The translations under genes were made by a program, and so were the position numbers. A stretch of 64,000 nt of DNA from Verrucomicrobiota bacterium. GTDB taxonomy: Bacteria; Verrucomicrobiota; Verrucomicrobiia; Limisphaerales; CANJSG01. Position 1 is the first letter of the stretch. Every line of letters begins with the position of its first letter. Location: positions 64,001 through 128,000 of the forward strand of contig JBBQXJ010000001.1 of assembly GCA_038209745.1 (NCBI GenBank). Reading direction: 5' to 3'. This document shows positions 1 through 9,024 of this stretch, piece by piece. The notes under the pieces were generated by a model that did no database searches, had not been told where the DNA came from, and worked only from the letters and a program-made list of their open reading frames with translations.

Positions 1-222
1 CATCTCGACATCACCACGGTCGAGTCGCTGATGTTCGCACTGGAGAACTACGCGGGCACGCTCGTCTTCATCTCCCATGACGTGCATTTCATCCGGCGCC
101 TCGCCAACAAGGTGCTGCACGTGAACAACGGGCAGGTGCGCTCCTATCCCGGCGGCTACGACTACTTCCTGGAGAAGACCGAGTCCGGAGAGGACGCCCG
201 CGCGGCGCTGACGGCGAAGTGA
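1..222 (+). CDS. ABC-F family ATP-binding protein, C-terminal part (truncated at window start)
   Basis: Frame open from base 1: HLDITTVESLMFALENYAGTLVFISHD...YPGGYDYF, typical ABC-F second NBD tail (xxHLD, ISHD). Confidence 0.85.
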   Translation, partial: HLDITTVESLMFALENYAGTLVFISHDVHFIRRLANKVLHVNNGQVRSYPGGYDYFLEKTESGEDARAALTAK

Positions 223-255
223 GCCAGTCGAAGGACCGGTGGCTCTTTCAAGGAA

Positions 256-293
256 GATGAATGGCGGCAGAACTTCCGTTCGCCGCCATCATC
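256..293. terminator. Hairpin between convergent ABC-F and queG
   Basis: GATG-ATGGCGGC-AGAAC-TTCC-GTTC-GCCGCCAT-CATC inverted repeat; no clear U-tract. Confidence 0.4.
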
Positions 294-1335
294 GCTGTCC
301 TACCCGGCGTTCAATCTCTCCGATGGCCCAGGACGCGTGTTCCGCGATCAGCGGTTCGGGATCGGTGGCGGCACGGCTCAATGCGGGCAGGGCCGAAGCA
401 TCGCCGGTGTTTCCTAGAGCCACGCACACGTTGCGCAGAAGCCCGCGCCGTTTGGTCCGGAGAATCGGGGTGCCGGCGAAGCGCTGCTTGAAGGCGGGCT
501 GATCGAGGGAGAGCAGTTCCAGCAAGTCGGCCAGGTCGAGATCCGGCCGGGCGTGTTCGCGCATGATGCGGCCCTCGCGGGCGAAACGGTTCCACGGACA
601 GACCGACAGACAGTCGTCACAGCCGTAGATCCGATTGCCAATGGCCAGACGAAGCTCGACCGGGATCGAGCCCTTCAGCTCGATGGTCAAGTAGGAGATG
701 CAGCGGCGGGCATCCAGGGCGAAGGGCGCCGTGATGGCGCCGGTGGGACAGGCGGTGATGCACCGGGTGCAGCGGCCGCAATGGTTGGTCTCCGGTGCGT
801 CGGGTTCCAGCTCCAGCGTGGTGATGATCTCCGAAAGGAAGAACCAGTTCCCCAAACGGCGGCCGATGAGATTGGTGTGCTTGCCCACGAAGCCAAGCCC
901 GGCCCGCTGGGCGAGGTCGCGCTCCAGGAGCGGCCCGGTATCCACATACCAGAGCGAACGGGAGTCTCCTCCTCCCAAGGATCCCACGAATTCCGTGAGC
1001 GATCTCAGCCGACCGGCCAACACGTCGTGGTAGTCCGCATGGCGGGCATAGCGGGCAATCACTCCGGTGGGCCTATCGGACCTCGGACCACCGGGATCCG
1101 GCATCGCTTCCCGATGATAGCTCGTCGCGAGGACGATCAGGCTACGGGCGTCCGGAAGCACCTTTTGGGGATCGACCCGCTTCTCGGCGTTGCGGGCCAG
1201 CCACTGCATCTCGCCATTGCGCCCATCCTGGAGCCAGTCCTGGAAGGCAAGGCGATGATCGGGCGGATCGGCATGGGTGAAACGGCAGGCGTCGAAGCCC
1301 AGTTCCAAGGCGCGCTGGCGGACGACGTCTTTCAC
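289..1335 (-). CDS. queG: tRNA epoxyqueuosine(34) reductase
   Basis: ARYARHADYH, YVDTGPLLER, CGRCTRCITACP, DARRCISYLTIE, YGCDDCLSVCPWN, C-terminal HEAT-like repeat. Confidence 0.95.
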   Translation of the reverse strand: MKDVVRQRALELGFDACRFTHADPPDHRLAFQDWLQDGRNGEMQWLARNAEKRVDPQKVLPDARSLIVLATSYHREAMPDPGGPRSDRPTGVIARYARHADYHDVLAGRLRSLTEFVGSLGGGDSRSLWYVDTGPLLERDLAQRAGLGFVGKHTNLIGRRLGNWFFLSEIITTLELEPDAPETNHCGRCTRCITACPTGAITAPFALDARRCISYLTIELKGSIPVELRLAIGNRIYGCDDCLSVCPWNRFAREGRIMREHARPDLDLADLLELLSLDQPAFKQRFAGTPILRTKRRGLLRNVCVALGNTGDASALPALSRAATDPEPLIAEHASWAIGEIERRVGQR

Positions 1336-1871
1336 TTCGCGACGTGGCGCATCAGGTTGAACTGGTGGACGACATGCTGCGCCACCTCGCGGGCCGACCG
1401 GGTCTCGACGCCGATGAGGACGTCGGCCTGTCGGTAGGCCGGCTCGCGCGCGGCGAGCAATTCGCGGATCCTCGCCAGGGGATCGGGCGTCTGGAGCAGG
1501 GGCCGGTGCGTCATGTGCCGGACCCGTTCGTAGATGGTTTCGGTCGACGCCCAGAGGCAGACGACAAGGGCGTGCCGCTGGAGAGAGGCGAGGCTCTCCG
1601 GATCGACGATGAGCCCTCCACCGGTGGAGATGACGAGCCCCTCGCGGTCGGCCAGACTCTGGACAAGTTTCCGTTCCATTGAGCGGAACACTTCTTCTCC
1701 GTGGTCCGCGAAGATCTCGCGGATGGAGCGGCCGGCTTCCCGCTCGATGCGTTCGTCGGTGTCGACGAACTCGAATCCGAGCTGTTCACAGACCATCCGC
1801 CCAACGGTGCTCTTGCCGACTCCCATGAAGCCGGCAAGCGCCAGATTGCGGATGTGCCGTGTCGCGTGCAT
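1332..1871 (-). CDS. aroK: Shikimate kinase
   Basis: GFMGVGKSTVG P-loop, FVDTD, GEEVFR, STGGG, RPLL; start estimated at MHATRH (1871; alternative 1883). Confidence 0.93.
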   Translation of the reverse strand: MHATRHIRNLALAGFMGVGKSTVGRMVCEQLGFEFVDTDERIEREAGRSIREIFADHGEEVFRSMERKLVQSLADREGLVISTGGGLIVDPESLASLQRHALVVCLWASTETIYERVRHMTHRPLLQTPDPLARIRELLAAREPAYRQADVLIGVETRSAREVAQHVVHQFNLMRHVAK

Positions 1872-2273
1872 GCCGTCAGCCATAACCGACGGAAGACGGG
1901 CATCGCACGAGGTTTCTGAGGCCCAGCCGCCCACGCGCATGGAAGAGGGGTCCATCGCACCCTGGTTTCTCCCCGAGCGTTGCCGACCCGAGACCGGAGA
2001 ATCCGCCCCTTGTTTCGAAAAGAGAGTCCGATGCGGGACAGGTTCAAGCCACGGCCGGCGTTTTCTCAGTAGCGCGATCCATTCCGGGCCACCTACCCCC
2101 GATGCGTGCTTCACAGACAGACAAAAACCGCCTTCAAGACAGCGGTTCCAGAATCGAGACCTTGCAGAATCCGGCGATGTCACGTCGAACGACAGATGTG
2201 TCTTGTTCGATCCGTCGGCCGAGAGGGTCTGACGAGTTTCCACTGCGGCATCGCCCCTGCTAGATGGGTCATC

Positions 2274-2747
2274 GTGATCAAGTCAGTTGGAAAAGCGATA
2301 TTCGGTGGCCGGTGGCTCGGGCTCTTTGCCGTGGCTTTGGGGTGCGTGGCCGGCGCGGCGGAGAACCAGGCTCCAAGAATGAGGGTGCTGCAGTTCAAGG
2401 TGACGTCTGCGGGAATCAGTCTCATCGGATCGACGAATGTCGTCGGCCGCTGCAAACCCCAGCCGGACGCGCCTGTGGGGATCGAATATCAGGTCCGCTC
2501 CGCCGACAGCGTCGTGCTCCGAAAGGCGACCGTCAGCAATCCGCTCGTGCAGCGCACCTGCTTCGAGGAAGTGCCCGGATCGGGCGAACTGACCACCAAA
2601 TACGTCGAGCTGCCCGAAGCCGATCTCGTTGTCCGGGTGCCGGCCGACGCAGCCGCCAGCTCCATCCGGTTCTACGAACACGCCCCCGCCGGGAGCCGCG
2701 TCGCCAATTCCGCCCCGCGCCTTCTGGCCGAGATCTCCCTGAAGTAA
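2274..2747 (+). CDS. Hypothetical secreted protein, possibly a detached N-terminal domain of the downstream M64 peptidase
   Basis: GTG start estimated; signal-like LGLFAVALGCVAGAA; ends 2 nt before the M64 ATG. Confidence 0.6.
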   Translation: MIKSVGKAIFGGRWLGLFAVALGCVAGAAENQAPRMRVLQFKVTSAGISLIGSTNVVGRCKPQPDAPVGIEYQVRSADSVVLRKATVSNPLVQRTCFEEVPGSGELTTKYVELPEADLVVRVPADAAASSIRFYEHAPAGSRVANSAPRLLAEISLK

Positions 2748-2749
2748 AC

Positions 2750-4165
2750 ATGATCGCCGCCCTTCCATGCCCCGACTCCATGACCCGATTCCTCGCTCGG
2801 GCCGTAGTGTGGCTCGGAGTCCTATGCTCCGGTCTCTCCGTCTTCGGCCAACAAGTCTTCACCGTCCTCACCAACGGGCCGACAGCCAACCGGATCAACA
2901 TCGTGATCGTCTCCGAAGGCTACACCGCCGCAGAACTGGCGACGTTCCGCACCGACGCGACGAATTCGGTCGCGGCGCTGCTTTCAGAATCCCCGTTCGC
3001 TCTGTATCGGAACATGTTCAACGGTTACGGCATCGCCGTTGCCTCGAACGAATCGGGTTCGGACCATCCGAGTCGCGGTGTTTACAAGGACACCTTTTTC
3101 AACAGCAGTTTCGACAGCTACGGCACCACCCGATTGGTCACCATTCCTCCGAATGATTTCGACTACAGCTCCGCGAACGGCACCTACAAGGTGACTCAAC
3201 TGCTCAACGCGCTCCTGCCCGAGTGGGACATCGTCATGATCCTCGTCAACGACACCGAGTATGGCGGCTCCGGCGGCGGATATCTCGTGGTTTCGAAGAA
3301 CGGCAGCTCGTCCGAGATCGCCCGTCACGAATTGGGCCACACCTTCGCGCGCCTCGGGGACGAGTATTCTTCAGCCTATCCCGGCTACCCCGCGATCGAG
3401 GAGCCGAACACGACCCGCGAGACCAACCGTAACAGCATCAAATGGAGTGCTTGGTTCAAGTCATCCACGCCCACACCCACCCCGCAGACGTCGGCCTATG
3501 GTTCAGTCGTCGGACTCTTCCAAGGAGCCCACTACAACACCACCGGGTGGTATCGGCCCAAGCTCAACTGCAAGATGCAGTCCCTCGGCCAGCCCTACTG
3601 CGAAATCTGCGCTGAAGCCCTTCTCACCTCCGCCTACGGCCGGATCAATGCGGCCGGAGACACCTTCCCTTCCACGGGCGCGGTGGTGGCGGCCGCTGCC
3701 GGTTCCGCGCTGGCCCTGAACGTCAACCCCCTCGTCCCGAGCGCCACGCGCACCGTTCAATGGTCGCTGAACAGCGTGCCCATCAGCGGCGGGACGAACA
3801 TCAGCCTTTCCCTGGCCGCATCCGCTTTGGCGCCGGGAACGAACTTCGTGCGCTGCATCGTCCGCGACACGACCAGCCTGGTGAAAATGGATCCTCTGAA
3901 CAAACTCCAAGGCCTCGTCGAATGGCGGGTCACCGTCGATGGCGCCCACCTCTTCATGGACCCGCCCGTATGGCTTGGCGGCGGCCGGCTGGCGCTGAAG
4001 GTCACCGGTTATGCACCCAAGGGCGTGGTGCTCCAAACCACCGATGATTTCACCCACTGGACCGATCTGTCGATCCACGGACCGATGGACGGCTCCATGA
4101 ACACGACGAACGTCATCCCGTCGGGGATCTCCGCCGTGGGCTTCCGCGCGGTGGCGACGGAGTAG
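2750..4165 (+). CDS. M64 family (IgA-peptidase-like) zinc metallopeptidase, secreted
   Basis: NGPTANRINIVIVSEGYT, YGGSGG, HELGH...LGDEY, EEPNTT, GLFQGA, YRPKLNCKM, YCEIC; signal peptide. Confidence 0.88.
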   Translation: MIAALPCPDSMTRFLARAVVWLGVLCSGLSVFGQQVFTVLTNGPTANRINIVIVSEGYTAAELATFRTDATNSVAALLSESPFALYRNMFNGYGIAVASNESGSDHPSRGVYKDTFFNSSFDSYGTTRLVTIPPNDFDYSSANGTYKVTQLLNALLPEWDIVMILVNDTEYGGSGGGYLVVSKNGSSSEIARHELGHTFARLGDEYSSAYPGYPAIEEPNTTRETNRNSIKWSAWFKSSTPTPTPQTSAYGSVVGLFQGAHYNTTGWYRPKLNCKMQSLGQPYCEICAEALLTSAYGRINAAGDTFPSTGAVVAAAAGSALALNVNPLVPSATRTVQWSLNSVPISGGTNISLSLAASALAPGTNFVRCIVRDTTSLVKMDPLNKLQGLVEWRVTVDGAHLFMDPPVWLGGGRLALKVTGYAPKGVVLQTTDDFTHWTDLSIHGPMDGSMNTTNVIPSGISAVGFRAVATE

Positions 4166-4304
4166 GACGCCGGAACAACCACGGACGGAGCAGCCCCATC
4201 GCGGCAAGGTAGACCGTCCATCCCGCAAAGGCCGGGGCCAGATGAACCGGGTTGATGTAGGTCCAGTCGGGCATCTTCGCTGAGAAATTGCCGGTGGCCG
4301 CCGC

Positions 4305-5486
4305 TCACTCCACCAGCCGATACCAGTTGTCCCGCTTCTTCGGCTCGTAGCCGAGTTCGGCGATCAGACGCTCCATGTCGGCCGAGCCCATCCGGTGCGT
4401 CGTGCCGGCGCTGCTGACGACGTTCTCCTCGATCATGATCGATCCCAGATCGTTGGCCCCGTATTTGAGCGCCACCTGTCCGATCTCCTGGCCCTGGGTG
4501 ACCCATGAGCTCTGGATACTGGGAATGTTGTCGAGGTAGATGCGGGCCAGGGCCTGCGTCTTGAGATACTCGTGCGAACCGACCGTGGGCGTCTTCAGGA
4601 CCGCGTTCTCCGGCTGGAAGGTCCAGCAGATGAAGGCGGTGAAGGCGCCTCCTTTGAGCGAACCGCTTTCCAGCGCCCCGGAATAGGCCGCCGCTCGGGC
4701 CATCGGGGATCCGGCATCGGGAATCGGCAACCCGGCGAGCGAACGGTCCTGGTGGCTGCGGACCACTTCCAAGTGTTCGAGCCGATCGTCCGGAGTCTCC
4801 ACATGGCCGAACATCATCGTGACGGAGCTGGCCAAGCCGAGCCGGTGCGCCACGTCCATCACGCCCATCCATTCACTCGTGTTCGCCTTGAGCGGTGCGA
4901 TGCGTTTCCGGACGCGGTCCACCAAAATCTCGCCGCCACCGCCGGGAATGCTGCCCAAACCCGCGTCGACAAAGTCGCGGATGATCTGCTCCACGGGCTC
5001 GTTGAAGACTTCCTGGAAATGGATGAACTCGCTGGGACTGAAGCCGTGGATGTTGAACCCGGGGAACTTGTCCCGGACATGGCTGAGCAGGTCGAGATAC
5101 CACTGTTTGGTGAGCTTCGGATGGTGTCCCCCCTGCATGAGCATCTGCGCTCCGCCGAGGGCGAGGGTCTCCTCGATCTTGCGGTCGAGTTCATCGAGGG
5201 AAATGACGTAGCTGTCGGCGTCCTTTTCCGTCCGCCAAAAAGCGCAGAACTTGCAGTAGACGTTGCAGACGTTGGTGTAGTTGACGTTGCGGTCGACGAT
5301 GTAGGTGACCACGTCGTTGCCGCGTCCGCCATGGGCCGCCGCCCGGTGCAGCTGGCGACGGCGATCGGCCAAGGCGCCCACCTCCTCCAATGGGAGCGTG
5401 GAAATCCGGCGCGCCTCGTCGAGCGAAATGCGGCCACCGTCCCAGACCTTCTGCAGAAGACCGTCCAACGACGCGTCGTAGATCAT
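4305..5486 (-). CDS. mqnC: Cyclic dehypoxanthinyl futalosine synthase (radical SAM)
   Basis: YIVDRNVNYTNVCNVYCKFCAF, QGGHHP, SIPGGGGEIL, MMFGHVE, SSWVTQG, GANDLGSIMIEENVV; next to mqnA. Confidence 0.9.
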   Translation of the reverse strand: MIYDASLDGLLQKVWDGGRISLDEARRISTLPLEEVGALADRRRQLHRAAAHGGRGNDVVTYIVDRNVNYTNVCNVYCKFCAFWRTEKDADSYVISLDELDRKIEETLALGGAQMLMQGGHHPKLTKQWYLDLLSHVRDKFPGFNIHGFSPSEFIHFQEVFNEPVEQIIRDFVDAGLGSIPGGGGEILVDRVRKRIAPLKANTSEWMGVMDVAHRLGLASSVTMMFGHVETPDDRLEHLEVVRSHQDRSLAGLPIPDAGSPMARAAAYSGALESGSLKGGAFTAFICWTFQPENAVLKTPTVGSHEYLKTQALARIYLDNIPSIQSSWVTQGQEIGQVALKYGANDLGSIMIEENVVSSAGTTHRMGSADMERLIAELGYEPKKRDNWYRLVE

Positions 5487-5568
5487 GGTTGAATCCTATC
5501 AGTCCGGGACCGGAAACCAAGGCCGCCGGACAGTTCGAAGCTCCGCTTACGATTCCGGTAAGGCGGGC

Positions 5569-5760
5569 TCAAAACGGCTTGGCCGGCATCAACAACCGGA
5601 TGCCGACGATGAGGCAGACCAAGGCGCCGCCCAATCCGGCGGGAGCCCTCAGGTCGATGTTCCCCTCCATGCTCGCGCGGTGCGACATCAGGGCCAGCAC
5701 GCCCATGACGAGCAACGCGCTGCCCAGAGCGAATACGACGAGTGCGGCAATCTTCTTCAT
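5569..5760 (-). CDS. Small two-TM membrane protein
   Basis: MKKIAALVVFALGSALLVMGVLAL...GLGGALVCLIVGIRLL, co-oriented between mqnA and mqnC. Confidence 0.55.
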   Translation of the reverse strand: MKKIAALVVFALGSALLVMGVLALMSHRASMEGNIDLRAPAGLGGALVCLIVGIRLLMPAKPF

Positions 5761-5835
5761 GAAAGGTCAATTTCTCCCACCCCATGGGCCTTTGACAGGG
5801 AAATTCTCGATCCATCGCGGCCATCCCGCCGCCGA

Positions 5836-6723
5836 TCACAGGACAAATTTAGACTCGAACACTTCTTGGCCGGAGAACTTCGCAATCATCCCCGCGAATC
5901 GGGCGAGCCCACGTTTCTCATCCGCACCCATCATGTAGCGAATGTGCCCGCCGAGGTAGTCCTGGCGGAAGGCGCGGTCGAACTCCGAGCGATCGCGGAT
6001 GATGTCGTCCAGCGTCTCTAGGCCGAAGTCGGCCGCCTCGTGGAGAATGCGCCGCAGGTCCGTGGTGTCCTTGTCCCGCCAAAGCACCCAGACGGCATAG
6101 ACGAACGGCAACCCGGTCAGAGTGTCCCAAGCAGCCCCGAGATCCCAGATCGACCGCTCTGGATTCGTGCGGAGATAGCGGATCGCCGGATCGCCGATCA
6201 GCAGAACGTTGTCCGGCATCAAGTCGGCGTCGTATTCGAGCAGCGGGATGAAGTCCGGAAACGATCCCCGCTCCGCCAGCAGCACGCGGAGCAGGTTCAC
6301 GCTGGTCAAGGAAGCCGGATCGAGGTGGATCTGCGTGATCTCCTCCAGCGGCTGAGTGTGGGCGAGGTAGACGCTCTTCACCTCGCCGCGGGACCCGATG
6401 CAGATCCCGTCGAGAATGTCGTAGTCGTCGCAGAACAGAGCCTCCGTCACGCTCAAGAGCGCGGCGTCCAGCTTCCCCTTGCGCAGCAGGGCCGCGAGTT
6501 CCTTCGGCGGCACGAACAGCACCTGGTCCTCGATCCCACGGGTCAAGGGCACGGCGTTGAGGTAGGGGACGGAACCAACCCTGAAGCCGGACAGGGTCTG
6601 TTCGAGCAGGTCTTCCTCCGGATCGATCTCGAACCGGGGCTCGGCCCGCGGCGGACGCGGCAACTCCCTAACGGAAACCGGATCGGCGGGGCCGGAGCTC
6701 GGCGAGGCTTCAGGCTGGCTCAT
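5836..6723 (-). CDS. mqnA: Chorismate dehydratase / menaquinone biosynthesis protein
   Basis: RVGSVPYLNAVPL, GEVKSV, SLTSVNLLRVL, LLIGDPA, DLGAAWDTLTGLPFVYAVW; start estimated at MSQPEAS. Confidence 0.88.
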   Translation of the reverse strand: MSQPEASPSSGPADPVSVRELPRPPRAEPRFEIDPEEDLLEQTLSGFRVGSVPYLNAVPLTRGIEDQVLFVPPKELAALLRKGKLDAALLSVTEALFCDDYDILDGICIGSRGEVKSVYLAHTQPLEEITQIHLDPASLTSVNLLRVLLAERGSFPDFIPLLEYDADLMPDNVLLIGDPAIRYLRTNPERSIWDLGAAWDTLTGLPFVYAVWVLWRDKDTTDLRRILHEAADFGLETLDDIIRDRSEFDRAFRQDYLGGHIRYMMGADEKRGLARFAGMIAKFSGQEVFESKFVL

Positions 6724-6855
6724 GGGAGGACATTTCGTGCGGCGAAGCTGGAGGGGGAAGTCATCCGGGTCAACGACCGGCCCTGGCGCGGGTGCTCCTC
6801 GATGGCCCCTGAAAATCCATTCTTCATGAAACAACGTGCCTGACCGGCTCGCTGC

Positions 6856-7317
6856 TCAAATGTCGATCACCGGGCCGCCGCCGCCCTTCTTATCATCATC
6901 GTCGTCGCCGCCGATACGAGGGCCGGGGCCCGGATTCTGGCCGTTTCCGCGTCGCACCCGGACCCGCGATTCGGAGGTGCCCGTGAGCACACCGAGAACC
7001 GTGGAGACGATGCTGATGACGATCCCTCCAAAAAGCGCCGGCCAGAAGCCTTCCACGCTGAAACCCGGCCTCATCAGCCAGCCCACCAGACTGAGCATGA
7101 TGGCGTTGATGACGAGCATGAACAACCCGAGCGTCAGGATGACCAACGGAAGGGACAGCAGCAGCAGCACCGGTCGCAGCAACGCGTTCAGCACCCCGAG
7201 AAGCAACGAGGCCATCAGCAGATCGGGCCAGCCCCGGAAATGCACCCCGGACACGACAAGGCTCGCCGCCAGCACGCTCACCGTGTTGATCGTCCAACGT
7301 TGAAGAAACAGTTTCAC
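6856..7317 (-). CDS. Phage-holin-family (DUF360/YvlD-like) membrane protein
   Basis: LLGVLNALLRPVLLLLSLPLVILTLGLFMLVINAIML...GFSVEGFWPALFG; C-terminal VIDI. Confidence 0.85.
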   Translation of the reverse strand: MKLFLQRWTINTVSVLAASLVVSGVHFRGWPDLLMASLLLGVLNALLRPVLLLLSLPLVILTLGLFMLVINAIMLSLVGWLMRPGFSVEGFWPALFGGIVISIVSTVLGVLTGTSESRVRVRRGNGQNPGPGPRIGGDDDDDKKGGGGPVIDI

Positions 7318-7399
7318 TGGGGCTGAGGCTAAAGCAGGAATCGTATTTCAGCCAAGCGGGAGGTGGAGCGCATCCGGAGTCGGACGCCCGGTTCTCGCA

Positions 7400-8377
7400 T
7401 CACGCCCGGCCCGGCATCACCTGGAGAAACTGTGCGTCCTTGGTCGCGTTCACTTCCACCACGCGCAGCGAAGCGGGCAACAGGCAGAACTGCCCGGGCT
7501 TCAACACCGCGTCGCCGGATCCGCCCTTCACCTTCAGTTCGCCGCACACCACCCCGAGGATCTGGAACGAGGCCAGAGGCAGCGCCACCGTGGTCTGCGC
7601 AGCGAGTTCGCAGACGCGGACGCGGAAGAGCGGATCGTCCACCAGGGGCTGGATTCGGAGCGGCCCGTGCGACTCGAAGCCGGCCCGGATGAGATCCGGC
7701 TCGAAGTCCGCGAAGTCGACGCTGGCCAGCGACTGCGCCACATGGAGATCGCGCGGCTTGCCGGCGGCGTCGACGCGGTTCCAATCGAAGACACGGTAGG
7801 TCGTGTCGGAATTCTGCTGGATCTCGAAAAGGACGCTGCCGGCCCCGAGCGCGTGGACGCGGCCGGAAGGCAGGAACATCGCATCTCCCGCGCGCACCCG
7901 GATCCGATGGAAGCAATCCGCCACGGTGCCGTCCTGGGTGCGCCGTTCGAACTCGTCGCGGGACACCCCGTTCCGCAGGCCGACGTAGAGCCGCGCTTCG
8001 GGCGTGGTGCTGGTGAAATACCACAGCTCCGTCTTGGGCTCGCCCCGCAACTCGGCAGCCTTGGCGGCGGGCGGATGGACCTGGAGCGAGAGATCCTGCT
8101 GGGCGTCGAGGATCTTCACCAACAGCGGGAACACCGGCGGAACTGGACGCCCCGAACCGAAGAGCTCCGGACCGAACTTCTCCATGAGGTATCGCAACGA
8201 TTTTCCGGCCATCGGTCCGTTTGCGACGATGCTCTGGTCCTCCGGCCGGTCACAGATCTCCCACGATTCGCCGATGGGCACGGCCGGCGGGAGCGGCTTC
8301 CGGTAGAGCGTCTCCAGCAGGCGTCCGCCCCAGATGCGTTCCTTGAAGAGAGGTTCGAAGAGAAAGGGGTAGAGCAT
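7400..8377 (-). CDS. manA: Mannose-6-phosphate isomerase, class I
   Basis: KERIWGG, IGESWE, FPLLVKILDA, LSLQVHP, PKTELWY, VHALGAG, EIQQNSDTTYRVFDW. Confidence 0.9.
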   Translation of the reverse strand: MLYPFLFEPLFKERIWGGRLLETLYRKPLPPAVPIGESWEICDRPEDQSIVANGPMAGKSLRYLMEKFGPELFGSGRPVPPVFPLLVKILDAQQDLSLQVHPPAAKAAELRGEPKTELWYFTSTTPEARLYVGLRNGVSRDEFERRTQDGTVADCFHRIRVRAGDAMFLPSGRVHALGAGSVLFEIQQNSDTTYRVFDWNRVDAAGKPRDLHVAQSLASVDFADFEPDLIRAGFESHGPLRIQPLVDDPLFRVRVCELAAQTTVALPLASFQILGVVCGELKVKGGSGDAVLKPGQFCLLPASLRVVEVNATKDAQFLQVMPGRA

Positions 8378-8388
8378 GGGAATCCGTG

Positions 8389-8742
8389 TTAGCCGGCGAC
8401 CAGGGGCGAATCCGACAGAATCAGAACGCAGGCCAAAACATCCGTTTCAAAGTCCAGCATCACACCCCAGTGCCGCCGTATGATCGAAACAATCTGAGGG
8501 GTCGGACAATTACCCAGGCGAAGAAAGACGAGTTTCGGCGGGTGACCGCGCAGCAGGCTTCGTTGGTGGAAATCCGCATCCTTGGAAACCAAGGTGAATC
8601 CATTGGTTTTCGCGAACTCCCAAATCTCTCCGTCATCGGTGTGGATGAGGCGGTGGGTTTTGACATGCGCCGATCCTGGAAAGAGTTCCGCGATCTGCGG
8701 GACGATGCGATCCGATAGGTTCTCGTCCAGCAGGAGTTTCAC
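8389..8742 (-). CDS. DUF5615 PIN-like toxin (VapC45-like)
   Basis: GTG start; KLLLDENLS, DDGEIWEFAK, VSKDADF, GHPPKLVFLRLGNC. Confidence 0.85.
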   Translation of the reverse strand: MKLLLDENLSDRIVPQIAELFPGSAHVKTHRLIHTDDGEIWEFAKTNGFTLVSKDADFHQRSLLRGHPPKLVFLRLGNCPTPQIVSIIRRHWGVMLDFETDVLACVLILSDSPLVAG

Positions 8743-8963
8743 ACTGTGGCGACGAAGAGCCTCCGTTCGCGGTCGGCGGCAAAAGCGAGGCACGCCTTGA
8801 TGTCCTCCCGGGTCAGTTCGGAAAAGTCGACCATGATTTCATCCTCGGTCATGCCCCCCGCCAGATACTCCAACACGTCATAGACCGTGATCCGCATTCC
8901 TCGGATGCACGGCTTGCCGCTGCGCTTGCCCGGCTCGATCGTGATGATGCGGCTGTAGTCCAT
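8739..8963 (-). CDS. DUF433 antitoxin
   Basis: ITIEPGKRSGKPCIRGMRITVYDVLEYLAGGMTEDEI...LTREDIKACLAFA; GTGA overlap with toxin. Confidence 0.92.
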   Translation of the reverse strand: MDYSRIITIEPGKRSGKPCIRGMRITVYDVLEYLAGGMTEDEIMVDFSELTREDIKACLAFAADRERRLFVATV

Positions 8964-9024
8964 GTAAGAAGAGTATCGGACGGGCAGAATTCGACAAGGC
9001 TGTCCGCAACCAACGGTTACGGGT

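Noticed and set aside
6856..7317. Holin as evidence of a prophage
   Set aside because: DUF360-type proteins are common chromosomal membrane proteins; no phage genes nearby
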